Shown here in pieces: positions 7,767-18,300 of a stretch of 58,397 nt of DNA. Below the pieces are notes generated by a model. It saw nothing but the letters and a program-made list of their open reading frames with translations. It searched no databases and was not told the origin of the DNA. The stretch's first letter is position 1; every line of letters begins with the position of its first letter. Where the stretch lies: positions 1-58,397 of IMG/VR virus record IMGVR_UViG_3300025466_000039; one strand, written 5' to 3'. Source of the stretch: a virus (taxonomy: Duplodnaviria > Caudoviricetes). A program made the translations under genes and the position numbers.

Positions 7767-10700
7767 ACTGTTTCATTGTTTGAGTTTTGGCTGCTTCAAG
7801 CGCGCGTATATCTTTTATAGGTACCTTCGCTTGGAGCATTTCTTTTTTATCTTGGTTCATTTTGTTGACGTCGTTATAGTAACTATTAACTTCGTCAGCA
7901 AGAATTGCCGCAGGATATTGTTTATAAAACTTAGTTGGGTCTTGTCCGGCGGCCTCAATGTTCTTGACTTCATTTGCATACTTGTTCATCAATGTAACAT
8001 TGTTATAGAACTTGTCTTGAATGGCTGCCGCGCTTTTTGCATCACCATAGAAACGGCCAACAAGCGGAATCCTGTAACTTGGCTGAGATTCACTTGTGAA
8101 CCATGACTTAACTGTTTCTGCGCCTTTAATTACCTCGCGTGCAGCTCCTCCACCAACTTGACCAGCATAATAATCAAGCTCATCTGCTGTTGGGCTGATG
8201 TGGCCTTTTGTGAAGTGCGTACCTGGAGGTGAGCTGACATAGTTTAAGAACTCAGCAATCCATTGGCTAACTTGCGTTGCATTTTCCCTGCTCCTCATAA
8301 ACCCAGGTGTAGGTTTAAGAGCGGTGTCTTCTTTATAGATTGGCCGTCCAAACGCATCTTTATTCGTGGCTGTAGCCGCGATGGGATCAAGAACAGTTGG
8401 AGAAACCATTTGCAATAAAGAACCGCCACCCAATGGGTTAAATGCATCTGCAAATAAAGTGAGCACCTGTGTTGCCGCATCAGTCAATGGTTTTCCACCG
8501 CTGATTAAATGATTTTTACCAAGAACATATTCGGTAGCAATCCTTGCAACGCCAGGCACAACGTTATATCCAGGAGGCATTGGTAACGTTAAATACTTTT
8601 TATTGCCAATTGGAATAATGAAGTTTTTATCGCGAACATAGTCTGGGGGTTCATCTGCATCAAACCCAGCCGCCGCCATCCACAAGGCTTGGAGAACGCC
8701 AATGGTAAGACCGCCCGCAACAATCTTTCTTCCTGCCGGGCCTTTTAGCGTTTTTCCGACAAGAATTGTGCCCTGTACAGCTGGATTAAAGAATGCATAC
8801 AAAGCTTGTAAAAGAGGACTGGATTGACCTTTGCGGTTGAAGTTAATGGTGATGTTTTTAGCCAAACTGGCTGCACGTTCTTCGCTTAAATTATTATCAA
8901 GGGCGACTTTGAATACAGATAGACGAACAGCGTTTTCCATTGCTTCGTTATAGTCTGACAACATATCAAACAAATAGCGTGCTTTTTTCATGGCGCCTCT
9001 TTGAGTCTCGTCAGCCCACAATCTTTCAACAATTGTTGTATCTTTGCCGCTGAAGTTTCCTTTTGCAAACGACTCTCTAAATCCAGTTGTGCCACCAGCC
9101 CTGCGGAACCGATCATAAAGAGCAACATAGGGTCCTGTGACTGTTTGGTTTTTCCTGGCCGCCCTCTCATTTTGAATGATGGCAAACATTGCAGAAAATA
9201 CATGGCGAGCAACTTCTTTTTGCTTGCCAGCCAATGGAGTGTTGGTCAAATTAAATGCGGCGCCTTGAGCATCGCGCGCAAAGTTAATAACACCAAACAC
9301 AGGATTAAATTGTGTATTAACAGAGGCAAACCAACGCGTCATCATTGCCGTTGTGCCCAGCAGGCCACCCAAGGTCTGGGCGTCCAAGTTTGACATCGCC
9401 TGCGCCATTCTGATGGCTTTGGGATCCTTTGTATTAAAGAATATGTATCGATCTTTACCGTTGATCCTGACAGGGAATACATTGGGACTGCTTCTGAGGC
9501 CTGCATTAATGGTATAACGAACCTGTCCGGTTAAGGGATCAAGGCTGGGGGTCTTTGGCTCTTGGATGAAATTCTGTGCAGTAGAGATGGGCAGACCCAT
9601 CGAGACAAGCTCTTGATACAAGGCCGCTTTGTTTTTTACTGCATCGGGATTGACTGGTAGCCAAAAGTCTGGATTTGGGTTCTTTAATGCCAGGCCGTAT
9701 AGCGCACGACCAATTCGAGCTTTCTCAGATCGAATGATGGCACTCTCGCGTTGAATGGCTATGTTGGCAAGAATATCTACCACAGACTTTGATGACCCAT
9801 AGGCACGCTTCGATGCGCTTCCTTTGACCTGAAAGCCTTTGCCCAAACCGGCCCCATGATGCATGAAATCAAGCTCTTCCTGATCCCTCATGAGTGGAAT
9901 GTAATGCTTATAAGCTCTATTCCAATTGTCAATTGTTTCTTGAGTTTCTAGGCCGCGGTCAACAAGAATCTTTTGCGTGCCTTTAATAATGTCGTCTACT
10001 TTGGCGGCAATCTTTGCAAGCTCGGCCGCTTTTGTTGGATCAAGATTCTTAAAGTAATCTCTGGCCGCCTGAGTGCCAATACCAGAACCCGGCTCGTTAT
10101 CAACGTCTGCAAACCTGGGATTGATTTGTGCAATTGCATCATTACGCTCTTCGGCATGACGGTTATGCATATACTGCTCAAGATCGTCAATTGTAAGTTT
10201 AGCGCCTATTAAATCCTTGATGATTGGACTTAATTCATTTTTAAGAAAGTCTTTGATTTCATTGGCCGTCCTGCCATGATACAACTCCTCCTTCATGTAC
10301 GCATCAAACGCGTCATCAATCAGGCCAACATTTTTGGTAATCGCGGCTTGGACTTGCCTTGTATCAACGTGCTTGTCTGCAATTTTATAGTCAAGCGTGT
10401 TGATTAGATTGCCAAGTTTGGTCTCGGGCGCAAGATCCCAGGTCTTCTGCGGCGCAGGTCCGCCAAACACATTCCTCTTGCTCGGGGGACCGGGCGGGAA
10501 CATGTTGCCTTGTCGGCCTTGTGGGCTCAAGGGTGCAACTTGTTGCGATTGAGGAGCCGGCGGGAACATTTGGCCTTGGGATTTTAAACTAACACCAATA
10601 CCGGCGGCAACACTGGCTATAGACTGGCCTATTCTTTCGTTGGGCTTGCGACTGAATATATCGTTAAATACTTTATAGACTTCTGACTTGTGATTAACTC

Positions 10701-13700
10701 CAATAACCTTTTTGAGTCCTTCGAACAGGCGGCGCATTGCAAGCACAAAACGATCCCATCCAGAACCTAACTTCTTGTGCATCAACTTCTCGGCATTGAC
10801 AGCCCAATACTCTGATGGGGTTAAGAATTGATACCAGTTATTAAACTCTTCACGATCCTTTTCTTTGTTGCCGGTTTTTGGAACTGTAGGTATTGCAGCA
10901 ACAGCGGCGTCATATGTTGCATGACTAGGATTTGCAAAGAACACCTCAACCGCCTGGATATAATTTTTTGCTTGAGGATTTTGACTCTTTTTGACGGTTG
11001 CCTTGAAATCTCTTTCCCAAGCCTCAATCAAAGCAACCTTGGCCGCGGGGCTCATCATTTGTTCCATTGCGTGGGCCAACTCATGCCGAACGATTTCAGC
11101 CTTTATCACGCCTGCGGTTTTTTTATATAACTTAACAATTTGTTCAGCAAGATCAAACTCACCCAATGTGCTATTGAATATATCTTTAGATTGGATGACA
11201 GAGAGCTTTAGTCCCTCGAGTAAGAATGGTGCTTTTTCGTATGCAGCATGAATGACGTCATAGACTTCTTTTGCAATACCTTCTTCAGGCAATCCATTTC
11301 TTTTTGCTTTTTCGTAATTGTTTAAAAGCTGCCGAGCATATGTGTCAAAGTCCCCCGCAGTACGGGCTTCATCTTTGGTGTCCTCAATATAATCTTTAAG
11401 GTTTTTCGCAAGCGCATTTAAGTTTGTGAGCTCTTGCTGCAACGAAAGATTAGAGCCCTGCTTGGCCACTTCTTTCAAGACGTAAGCACGACGTTGGTTT
11501 ACTTTGGCATATTCCTGTACGGCGTTCTTTCTATCAATCTCCATTGTGGTTTGAGCACCAGGGTAGATTGGCATGTTGAAATTACGAACGGCAGCATTAA
11601 GAGGAATTTGATACTCCTCTTCCTTTGCGGCGATCTGTTCTTCACTTGGCTTTTTAGCCTCTTTAATTGGCGTCTTGATTTCTTTTGTAAGTGGCTCAAC
11701 GCGTTGGCGCATCATGTCATCACGATAGGTTGCCTTCCCGTTGACAAAGTCCATCGCATTTGTTGCACTATCGGGAACGATAAAGAGCTTGGCGCCATCC
11801 ATCTGAGATAGATGATTCTTAACCAAGTCACCAAACGTTGCCTTATCTACATTGATACAGCCAAACGAAAACCTAGAAACGTCAGGGCGTTCTGTCTTTA
11901 GGGCCGCCAGACGTTGTGCGGCGTCAGACTCATGCGTCCATACGGAATGCATGATGGTCATGGAGTAAGGGCCATGACGGCCTTCACCGGCGTGTTCGAT
12001 TACAAACACTTTGCCGTAATCATATTCACCGGCAGTCTCGGCCTCACCCTTAGAGCGGGATGCATCCCTCAAACCCAGGTTATATAGCCCAGCAGGCGTG
12101 ATCTTGTTGGCATCTATTTCATTAGATCCGGATGGCAAGAAATCACCCATGCTCTTGGACAACAATACCTTCTTATCCAACAGGAGAGATCCATCGGGAT
12201 TGAAGATAAAGTTTCTAGCCATCGGCTTGTCGGTCACGATAAAGAATTTATTGTTCTTCATCAACTCTTCTTTTAGAGTTGGATAAACGACGCTATAGAT
12301 CTGTTGTGCTGCTGGAGACATCTTTGCCTTTGCGTCCGCGGGGACTTCAGCATAGACGGTTTCAATGCGCGTCTCATATTGAGGAACCGCAATGATCTCT
12401 GGTTTGGTAATGAAGTTGGGATTGAGCACCATTGCAACAGATAGCAAGCTGTTTGCAATCTTATTGATGATAGGGCGAATCCTGTTCTTGATGGCCTTTG
12501 CGCCCTGCGTGATGAAGTTAAATACATCGTTATGCAGGCGCTCTAAAAATTCATTTGAGCCATGCTTGGCGCCGTACTCCTCCTCGAGCACAGCTTTTTC
12601 ATTGGCAGTCAACTTGTTGGATTCATCGGCAATCAATAACAATTGTTCTTCGTTACCAACCTCTTTAACCAAATCCGTCCCATCAATGATGTTGGACTCG
12701 TCTGTAATTTGTGGACCAAACTTGGCCAACAAAACACCAGGATCGTCTTCTTCTGCGAGAGCATCAATGATTGCCTGCTCTCTGGTTTTGCCTTTAGATA
12801 CGCCATCCAAAATAGCAGAACGCACTTTGCTGGCATCGGCTGTAACCTGCGTATTGGGTGACTCGTTAGCAACAATGTTTAATAAAGGATTGAGCTTGTA
12901 GTCAGATGCTGCGCCGAGAAAGTGAATCTTCTTTGGCTTTGACTCACGCAAGAAGTCAGCCAATTGATCTCTTGTGATAGCCTCTGCATTAGATGGAACG
13001 CCAACAATAAAGTCATCTGTACCCAGGGTCTTGACAACATGATCGTAAGCCTGCGATAGCGTCAATGCTCCATTTTGAATGGGAATCATTGGCTGAGTAA
13101 TATTGCCCTTGATTTCTGGAATGATCCAGTCTTTATGTTTATCAATTAAAGCTAACGACCCAGCTTGATCACCAACAATGTCTGGCATGACAATGATTGG
13201 ACGGGGATAATCCGTTTTTTCATCTTCGTTCAAATTATGAATTGCTTCAGTAATCTGATCGTACTTTGCAAGAATTTTATTAAAGTCAAGGGGCTTGGGT
13301 CCATTGCCCTTAAGGTTTTGCCTGAAGTTACTGAAAGCACCAGAGTCAATAAAGACCGGAACATTCATGTTCAAAATAGCGTGCGCAAGAGAGTCTATCG
13401 CATTGTTTGATAGTAACCCTACATCCACTCCTATTCCGTGGTTCTGATGGCTTCCTCGAGCCTTTACGCCTGACTCTAAATCGCTAACACCACTCATGCC
13501 TGATGCAAAGCGAACCATATCTTGTTTGATATTGGATAGAGCTCTTTGTTCTGGCGCCTCACCAAACAAATCCTCTTGGCCTTTGGCGGCGGCAATGTCG
13601 GCAGGACGATTACTTCCTGTCAAAGTAAACTCGCCAACGCCTTCATCGGCCTTGGCTTTAGCTTCCGCTTCTTTTTCGGCTTTTAATCGGTCTTCCTTGG

Positions 13701-16700
13701 CGCGTTCTGCTGCTCTGACTTCATCGGGTGTTTGACCGGTAAGTTCCAGTTGCGCTTTACTTGGCTCAAAAACTCTATTCTCGTCTTCGGGCTCAATGAC
13801 CGTATCAGCGAGGTCAGCTTCTCTTTGCTCATTAAATGCTTCTTCGAGGAGGAGGTTGACATCTTTTAACTCCAGTTGTTCTTTGATTTGATCTTCTAAC
13901 TCTTTGATGTTACCGCGCAAATCTTCTATTTCGCCGGTGATTTTTTCTATTTCTCTCTCGGCATCATACGTCATGTAATTGGGCGGATCTTCGCGCAATT
14001 TTTCTTTGATGTATTCAGAAGATTGTTTGTCATCAAAATTTGGATGATCGTGCCGCATTCCGTATGGCAAATATTCATCAAGATCGCCAGATGAAACAAT
14101 ATCAGCTAAATCAGCCCCGCCATTTTTGTTTTTAAGTTGAGTGTATTTTGTATCCGGAGAAATGTCGTTGACTTCTGATGCTTTTAATTTTTGTCTCAAG
14201 GCGCCAAATAAGCCTGTTGTTTTAACTCGTCTTCTGGCCATCTCAGCATATTCTAAATCCTTGTTGAGTTTTTCAAGATACAACTCATCTTCGGTTTTAT
14301 TTGTCAACTCTAGAGGGGGTGGAGTTTTTTTAACTCTAGTTTTTGTTGGAGTAATTAGTTTCTTTGCGGCCTTTATTGATTTATCGTGTTCAATCAAAGC
14401 CTTTTTCAATTCAGCATTGGCTTTTTGTATGGCCCTATTTTGCTCACCAGGCGTCTTCTTGTTGTTCCTGGCCATCTCATTAACAGCAATCTGACCTTTG
14501 TCTTTTAATATATCTGCGGTGCTATTTAAATCATCAATTGCTTTTTGATGTGCATCCGGATCTTTTGCCGCTGGCATGGACTCAGTTAATTGATTAACCA
14601 AATCATTTGACCTATTGATACCATCAACCGCGGGTTGCGCAAGTTTTTCTAATATGGGCGCCGGGGTTAACTTCGACTTGCCAACTTTAATTTTTGGTTC
14701 TATAGCGGCAGTTGGCTTTTCTTCTTCCGCCTTGGGTTCTTCTGACGGCAACTTCTCTTCAACTTTTGGAGCGGTTGGTTCTTCTTTTTTGACTTCGGCA
14801 GGCCTCTCTGTAGGAGCGGGCTCGTTAAACTTATGTGCTTTAACAGCTTGTTCTCTAACGAAATTCAAAGCGTTTGCCTGCGCCTCATCGCCAAACGTCT
14901 TATTGGAGAACATCCTTGCAGAACCAGGAATATACTTGCCTGCATCAGCATCAAACATGTTGGCTGTATAACCTGTAGGTGTTTTTAAAACGTGATATTC
15001 CGTGTTTTCACCCATAGGAATATTGGCCACTTGCTCAACATTGGGTGGCAACTTTGGTGCTGTAGCGATTGGCTCTTCAACTTTGGGCGCTTTAACTTTA
15101 GGTGCAGGAGCTTCTTTTTCGGCACCCATGCTTTCAGCAACCCTAACTATATCCGGACGATTGTTTTCTACACCAAAATTGTATGCTTGCTGTATTCCCT
15201 CTTTTGATCTTGCCATTGGGTTTATCAAAGAACTAATTGCAACATGCAAGGGATTGTCGGCAACGGTCTTGCCTTTGCTTTCATCTTCTTTACGAATTAA
15301 ATTAGCCTCTTCTAACAATTGATTGCGGTCAGCTCTAAGTTGAAATTGCTCAAGCTGAGTATCAAATGCTTTTTGGTTTTCAACAGGAGCTTCCTCGATG
15401 TTTTTACCACTCAGCTCATCCAACATAGCCTGAGTATCTTGACTCTCAGATGGCGCCGCAACTTGTTGCTCCTGTGGTTGCTGTTCTTGCGGCGGCTGCT
15501 CTGGAGGTGCAATAGCAACAGGCAACTTTTTATTGCGATCAACAGTCTCTTCTGGCTGAATCAATTCTTGATTGTAAGAATTGGGATCAAGTCTAGCTAT
15601 GGCTTCTCGTTTTATTTTCTCTGGAGAAAAATTGCCAGACTTTACATCTTCTTTAATGGCGTCAGCAATTTGCTTGTTTCTGCCATAGTCTGTGTTGTCG
15701 TAAACTTTACCAGCAATATGAGCCCCACCAGCCATAATCCCCGACATCAACATAACATCAGGCAAAACTTCTTTGGCAGATTTGGCAATATCACCCATAT
15801 CTGTAAATGAACGTTTGGGTTGATTGCTAAGTCCCGCATCAACTTCAACGTTATGTTGACCAGTCTGAGTAACGGTTTCGGTGCCAAGCTCTGTACCAAA
15901 TTCAAGAGCAGATGCGCCAAAAGACTTGAGCGTACCCATGAGACCTTTTCCGGCCTCTTTAAATATAACGCTACCTAATTTTGCACCCAAAGCATTACCA
16001 AGTGCTTCTGGAACCGCCTCCCAAAGGCCATGTTCTTGAACTAGATCGTTATATTGCTTGGCATAGTCCAGCCATTGCTTATCTGTTAGAGGCTTTCCTG
16101 TAGCCTTTACAGAAGCATCATCAAGATTTTCTCTAATGTCTCGTAGAAAACCATTGGTATCCATGCGGTAAGCAGCCAGACCAGACGCAGCTGTACCCGC
16201 GGCATATCCACCAACTGGGCCGGTAACCATGCCCACCGCACCAGCAGCCAATCCGGCACCCATAGAAAGTACCGAGAACATTGCATTCTGAGGCAACTCT
16301 CTGACTTTTTGACGGGTAATTCCTAAGATATATTCATCTTGTAAACTTGGATCTTTTGCGTTTTTCTTTGAGAGCTCTCTGGCCTCTGCAATAGCATCAT
16401 GCTGCCAATCCGTTTGCGATGTTAAATCTTCTGGTTTGTTGCCGCCAACTAAAGCCTGTGTTGCAGCTTTAGCGTAAGTGGGCGTAGCTTGTCCTGCTGC
16501 AAATATATCTTGCGCAAGATTTCCACCCAAAACCTTTGGACCAACTTGTTTACCTAATTCAGCCTCCCCTGTGGCTGATTCTGCAAATGGAGCCCACCAC
16601 GGTTTTTCTGCTGGCGAAGCGGATTGGGCGGCGGCAGGCACAGAAGGCTGTGCGACTGGAGCGGCCTGGGGCTGGAGCAAACCAGCCAAACCCAATTGAC

Positions 16701-16839
16701 GATTGACTAACTTATCTGTTTCTTCTGGCGTAGCCTCAGACGGAGCGGTATAACGATAATAACGCTTTATAAGTTCTGTCTGTGTAATGTCATCTGGAAC
16801 GCCGGAAACAATCGTTCCATCGGGCATCTGTACATCCAT
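7729..16839 (-). CDS. giant polyvalent internal virion/ejection protein (TGT-like, L,D-transpeptidase-like, zincin, LPD38-like modules)
   Basis: 3036 aa; last gene of the virion block; IDSGAFS/PDIVGD/IHFLG, HSVW..SFGCIN, HELAH, and C-terminal ENAVRL...NITINFNRKG...YAFFN motifs. Confidence 0.85.
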   Translation of the reverse strand: MDVQMPDGTIVSGVPDDITQTELIKRYYRYTAPSEATPEETDKLVNRQLGLAGLLQPQAAPVAQPSVPAAAQSASPAEKPWWAPFAESATGEAELGKQVGPKVLGGNLAQDIFAAGQATPTYAKAATQALVGGNKPEDLTSQTDWQHDAIAEARELSKKNAKDPSLQDEYILGITRQKVRELPQNAMFSVLSMGAGLAAGAVGMVTGPVGGYAAGTAASGLAAYRMDTNGFLRDIRENLDDASVKATGKPLTDKQWLDYAKQYNDLVQEHGLWEAVPEALGNALGAKLGSVIFKEAGKGLMGTLKSFGASALEFGTELGTETVTQTGQHNVEVDAGLSNQPKRSFTDMGDIAKSAKEVLPDVMLMSGIMAGGAHIAGKVYDNTDYGRNKQIADAIKEDVKSGNFSPEKIKREAIARLDPNSYNQELIQPEETVDRNKKLPVAIAPPEQPPQEQQPQEQQVAAPSESQDTQAMLDELSGKNIEEAPVENQKAFDTQLEQFQLRADRNQLLEEANLIRKEDESKGKTVADNPLHVAISSLINPMARSKEGIQQAYNFGVENNRPDIVRVAESMGAEKEAPAPKVKAPKVEEPIATAPKLPPNVEQVANIPMGENTEYHVLKTPTGYTANMFDADAGKYIPGSARMFSNKTFGDEAQANALNFVREQAVKAHKFNEPAPTERPAEVKKEEPTAPKVEEKLPSEEPKAEEEKPTAAIEPKIKVGKSKLTPAPILEKLAQPAVDGINRSNDLVNQLTESMPAAKDPDAHQKAIDDLNSTADILKDKGQIAVNEMARNNKKTPGEQNRAIQKANAELKKALIEHDKSIKAAKKLITPTKTRVKKTPPPLELTNKTEDELYLEKLNKDLEYAEMARRRVKTTGLFGALRQKLKASEVNDISPDTKYTQLKNKNGGADLADIVSSGDLDEYLPYGMRHDHPNFDDKQSSEYIKEKLREDPPNYMTYDAEREIEKITGEIEDLRGNIKELEDQIKEQLELKDVNLLLEEAFNEQREADLADTVIEPEDENRVFEPSKAQLELTGQTPDEVRAAERAKEDRLKAEKEAEAKAKADEGVGEFTLTGSNRPADIAAAKGQEDLFGEAPEQRALSNIKQDMVRFASGMSGVSDLESGVKARGSHQNHGIGVDVGLLSNNAIDSLAHAILNMNVPVFIDSGAFSNFRQNLKGNGPKPLDFNKILAKYDQITEAIHNLNEDEKTDYPRPIIVMPDIVGDQAGSLALIDKHKDWIIPEIKGNITQPMIPIQNGALTLSQAYDHVVKTLGTDDFIVGVPSNAEAITRDQLADFLRESKPKKIHFLGAASDYKLNPLLNIVANESPNTQVTADASKVRSAILDGVSKGKTREQAIIDALAEEDDPGVLLAKFGPQITDESNIIDGTDLVKEVGNEEQLLLIADESNKLTANEKAVLEEEYGAKHGSNEFLERLHNDVFNFITQGAKAIKNRIRPIINKIANSLLSVAMVLNPNFITKPEIIAVPQYETRIETVYAEVPADAKAKMSPAAQQIYSVVYPTLKEELMKNNKFFIVTDKPMARNFIFNPDGSLLLDKKVLLSKSMGDFLPSGSNEIDANKITPAGLYNLGLRDASRSKGEAETAGEYDYGKVFVIEHAGEGRHGPYSMTIMHSVWTHESDAAQRLAALKTERPDVSRFSFGCINVDKATFGDLVKNHLSQMDGAKLFIVPDSATNAMDFVNGKATYRDDMMRQRVEPLTKEIKTPIKEAKKPSEEQIAAKEEEYQIPLNAAVRNFNMPIYPGAQTTMEIDRKNAVQEYAKVNQRRAYVLKEVAKQGSNLSLQQELTNLNALAKNLKDYIEDTKDEARTAGDFDTYARQLLNNYEKAKRNGLPEEGIAKEVYDVIHAAYEKAPFLLEGLKLSVIQSKDIFNSTLGEFDLAEQIVKLYKKTAGVIKAEIVRHELAHAMEQMMSPAAKVALIEAWERDFKATVKKSQNPQAKNYIQAVEVFFANPSHATYDAAVAAIPTVPKTGNKEKDREEFNNWYQFLTPSEYWAVNAEKLMHKKLGSGWDRFVLAMRRLFEGLKKVIGVNHKSEVYKVFNDIFSRKPNERIGQSIASVAAGIGVSLKSQGQMFPPAPQSQQVAPLSPQGRQGNMFPPGPPSKRNVFGGPAPQKTWDLAPETKLGNLINTLDYKIADKHVDTRQVQAAITKNVGLIDDAFDAYMKEELYHGRTANEIKDFLKNELSPIIKDLIGAKLTIDDLEQYMHNRHAEERNDAIAQINPRFADVDNEPGSGIGTQAARDYFKNLDPTKAAELAKIAAKVDDIIKGTQKILVDRGLETQETIDNWNRAYKHYIPLMRDQEELDFMHHGAGLGKGFQVKGSASKRAYGSSKSVVDILANIAIQRESAIIRSEKARIGRALYGLALKNPNPDFWLPVNPDAVKNKAALYQELVSMGLPISTAQNFIQEPKTPSLDPLTGQVRYTINAGLRSSPNVFPVRINGKDRYIFFNTKDPKAIRMAQAMSNLDAQTLGGLLGTTAMMTRWFASVNTQFNPVFGVINFARDAQGAAFNLTNTPLAGKQKEVARHVFSAMFAIIQNERAARKNQTVTGPYVALYDRFRRAGGTTGFRESFAKGNFSGKDTTIVERLWADETQRGAMKKARYLFDMLSDYNEAMENAVRLSVFKVALDNNLSEERAASLAKNITINFNRKGQSSPLLQALYAFFNPAVQGTILVGKTLKGPAGRKIVAGGLTIGVLQALWMAAAGFDADEPPDYVRDKNFIIPIGNKKYLTLPMPPGYNVVPGVARIATEYVLGKNHLISGGKPLTDAATQVLTLFADAFNPLGGGSLLQMVSPTVLDPIAATATNKDAFGRPIYKEDTALKPTPGFMRSRENATQVSQWIAEFLNYVSSPPGTHFTKGHISPTADELDYYAGQVGGGAAREVIKGAETVKSWFTSESQPSYRIPLVGRFYGDAKSAAAIQDKFYNNVTLMNKYANEVKNIEAAGQDPTKFYKQYPAAILADEVNSYYNDVNKMNQDKKEMLQAKVPIKDIRALEAAKTQTMKQFNDEIAQVQKQR

Positions 16840-16848
16840 AATTGCACC

Positions 16849-18300
16849 TTATTTAGGAAGTTGACCGAATGGTACTATATTTGGTCGTGCATTAATAGGC
16901 GCATTGGGGTTGTTGAGTGGCGAGTTTGGATTTGAAGTTGGCGGACCACCAGGCGAAGGACTTAGTGGTTGAGCTGCAAGACCAGGCAGGCCTGGCGTAG
17001 TAGTGTCTTCTGCCGGTTGTTTGGCCTTACTGGTAAACCAACTAAAAAATCCATTATCATCGCTGGTAGTATCTTGCGGTGCAACATATTGAGGAATGTA
17101 TCCATATTTATCTTTAATGGATGGATGTGCGGCATAGATTGAGTCAATCTCTTGATTGTGCAAATCAATAACTCGATTGACAGCCTTGGGATCAACATAA
17201 GGCTTTGCCAACATAGCCGCCAGGGTTTGTTTTGACCTTGAGGTTGCTTGGTTCACCCGAGCGTCAAGTTGTGCCACCAATTTATCTTCTGGTGAAACAA
17301 CCCTGCTCTTATAATAATCTTCCTCGGCAGATTGTAAGCCGGCCAATGAATTGGCTTTCTGTTGATCAATGCTGGCTTGGAAACGTTTAATATCATTGCC
17401 TTCTTTTTCGGCGCGCAACTTACCTTCATCTGCTTTAGATGAGTTAAGTATTTGAATTCCATGATATTCAAGATTTTTCCCAGCCATTAAATTAGCCTGG
17501 GCTGCATTTTGAAGCGTAATTTGATCTTTAACATCACCCTTGAGCGCCGCATTCTTTGCTTGTTCCGCCAAAAATTGCGAGTGATCCAACAAGTCTTGAG
17601 AATCTTGAATGGATTTTTTACCAGATAGGTAAGCAGCCACACCTTCTTGACCGCCTTTTGCTATATTAGCAAGACCATAAGGAGATGTTCCCCCCATCAT
17701 TGCAAGACCAGCCTGCAATAACGCCATGTGAGTATTGGTATTTTTTCTTTCGTCAATATCAGCTTGTTTGTTTTTTAATTTTTCAATGTAAGGATCAAAC
17801 AAAGCGGCGGTTTTTGCCTGTTCTGGCGCGGCCATTTGTTCCGCGGATGACTGCATTTTTTGAGTATATGTTGATATATCTTCGGGTGTTATATTTTTAG
17901 GCAAGTCAGCAGCTGTCATTGCTGTATAGCCATAAGCCGGCTGAACAAGACCTTTGTCTGCATAATGTTGTTCGCCAGTAATACCGCCACCAGCCATTCC
18001 CTGCATGTTCTGAGCCGGTAATGCACCAATCCCCTGCTCCTCTGGCAATTGGGCTTGCTGGGGCATTTGAGGCGCCTGCTGGGGCATCATCTGGGCTAAG
18101 TCTTGCTGGACTACAGGAGGAGGCGTCTGCCCTGATTGGCGAGCCATAGCTTCTGATCGCATGTTTTTGCGGTCTTGGCTTTCTTGGAACGCAAGAGGAA
18201 AGACGTACGGATCGTTGGCATGCATCTTGGCATACTGCGCCAACTGTACATCGGACATTCTTCGAAGATTAGAACTAATACTTTGCGGTGCAATAGACAT
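16849..18300 (-). CDS. internal virion (ejection) protein
   Basis: Q/P/A-rich helical protein between the other ejection proteins. Confidence 0.65.
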   Translation of the reverse strand: MSIAPQSISSNLRRMSDVQLAQYAKMHANDPYVFPLAFQESQDRKNMRSEAMARQSGQTPPPVVQQDLAQMMPQQAPQMPQQAQLPEEQGIGALPAQNMQGMAGGGITGEQHYADKGLVQPAYGYTAMTAADLPKNITPEDISTYTQKMQSSAEQMAAPEQAKTAALFDPYIEKLKNKQADIDERKNTNTHMALLQAGLAMMGGTSPYGLANIAKGGQEGVAAYLSGKKSIQDSQDLLDHSQFLAEQAKNAALKGDVKDQITLQNAAQANLMAGKNLEYHGIQILNSSKADEGKLRAEKEGNDIKRFQASIDQQKANSLAGLQSAEEDYYKSRVVSPEDKLVAQLDARVNQATSRSKQTLAAMLAKPYVDPKAVNRVIDLHNQEIDSIYAAHPSIKDKYGYIPQYVAPQDTTSDDNGFFSWFTSKAKQPAEDTTTPGLPGLAAQPLSPSPGGPPTSNPNSPLNNPNAPINARPNIVPFGQLPK

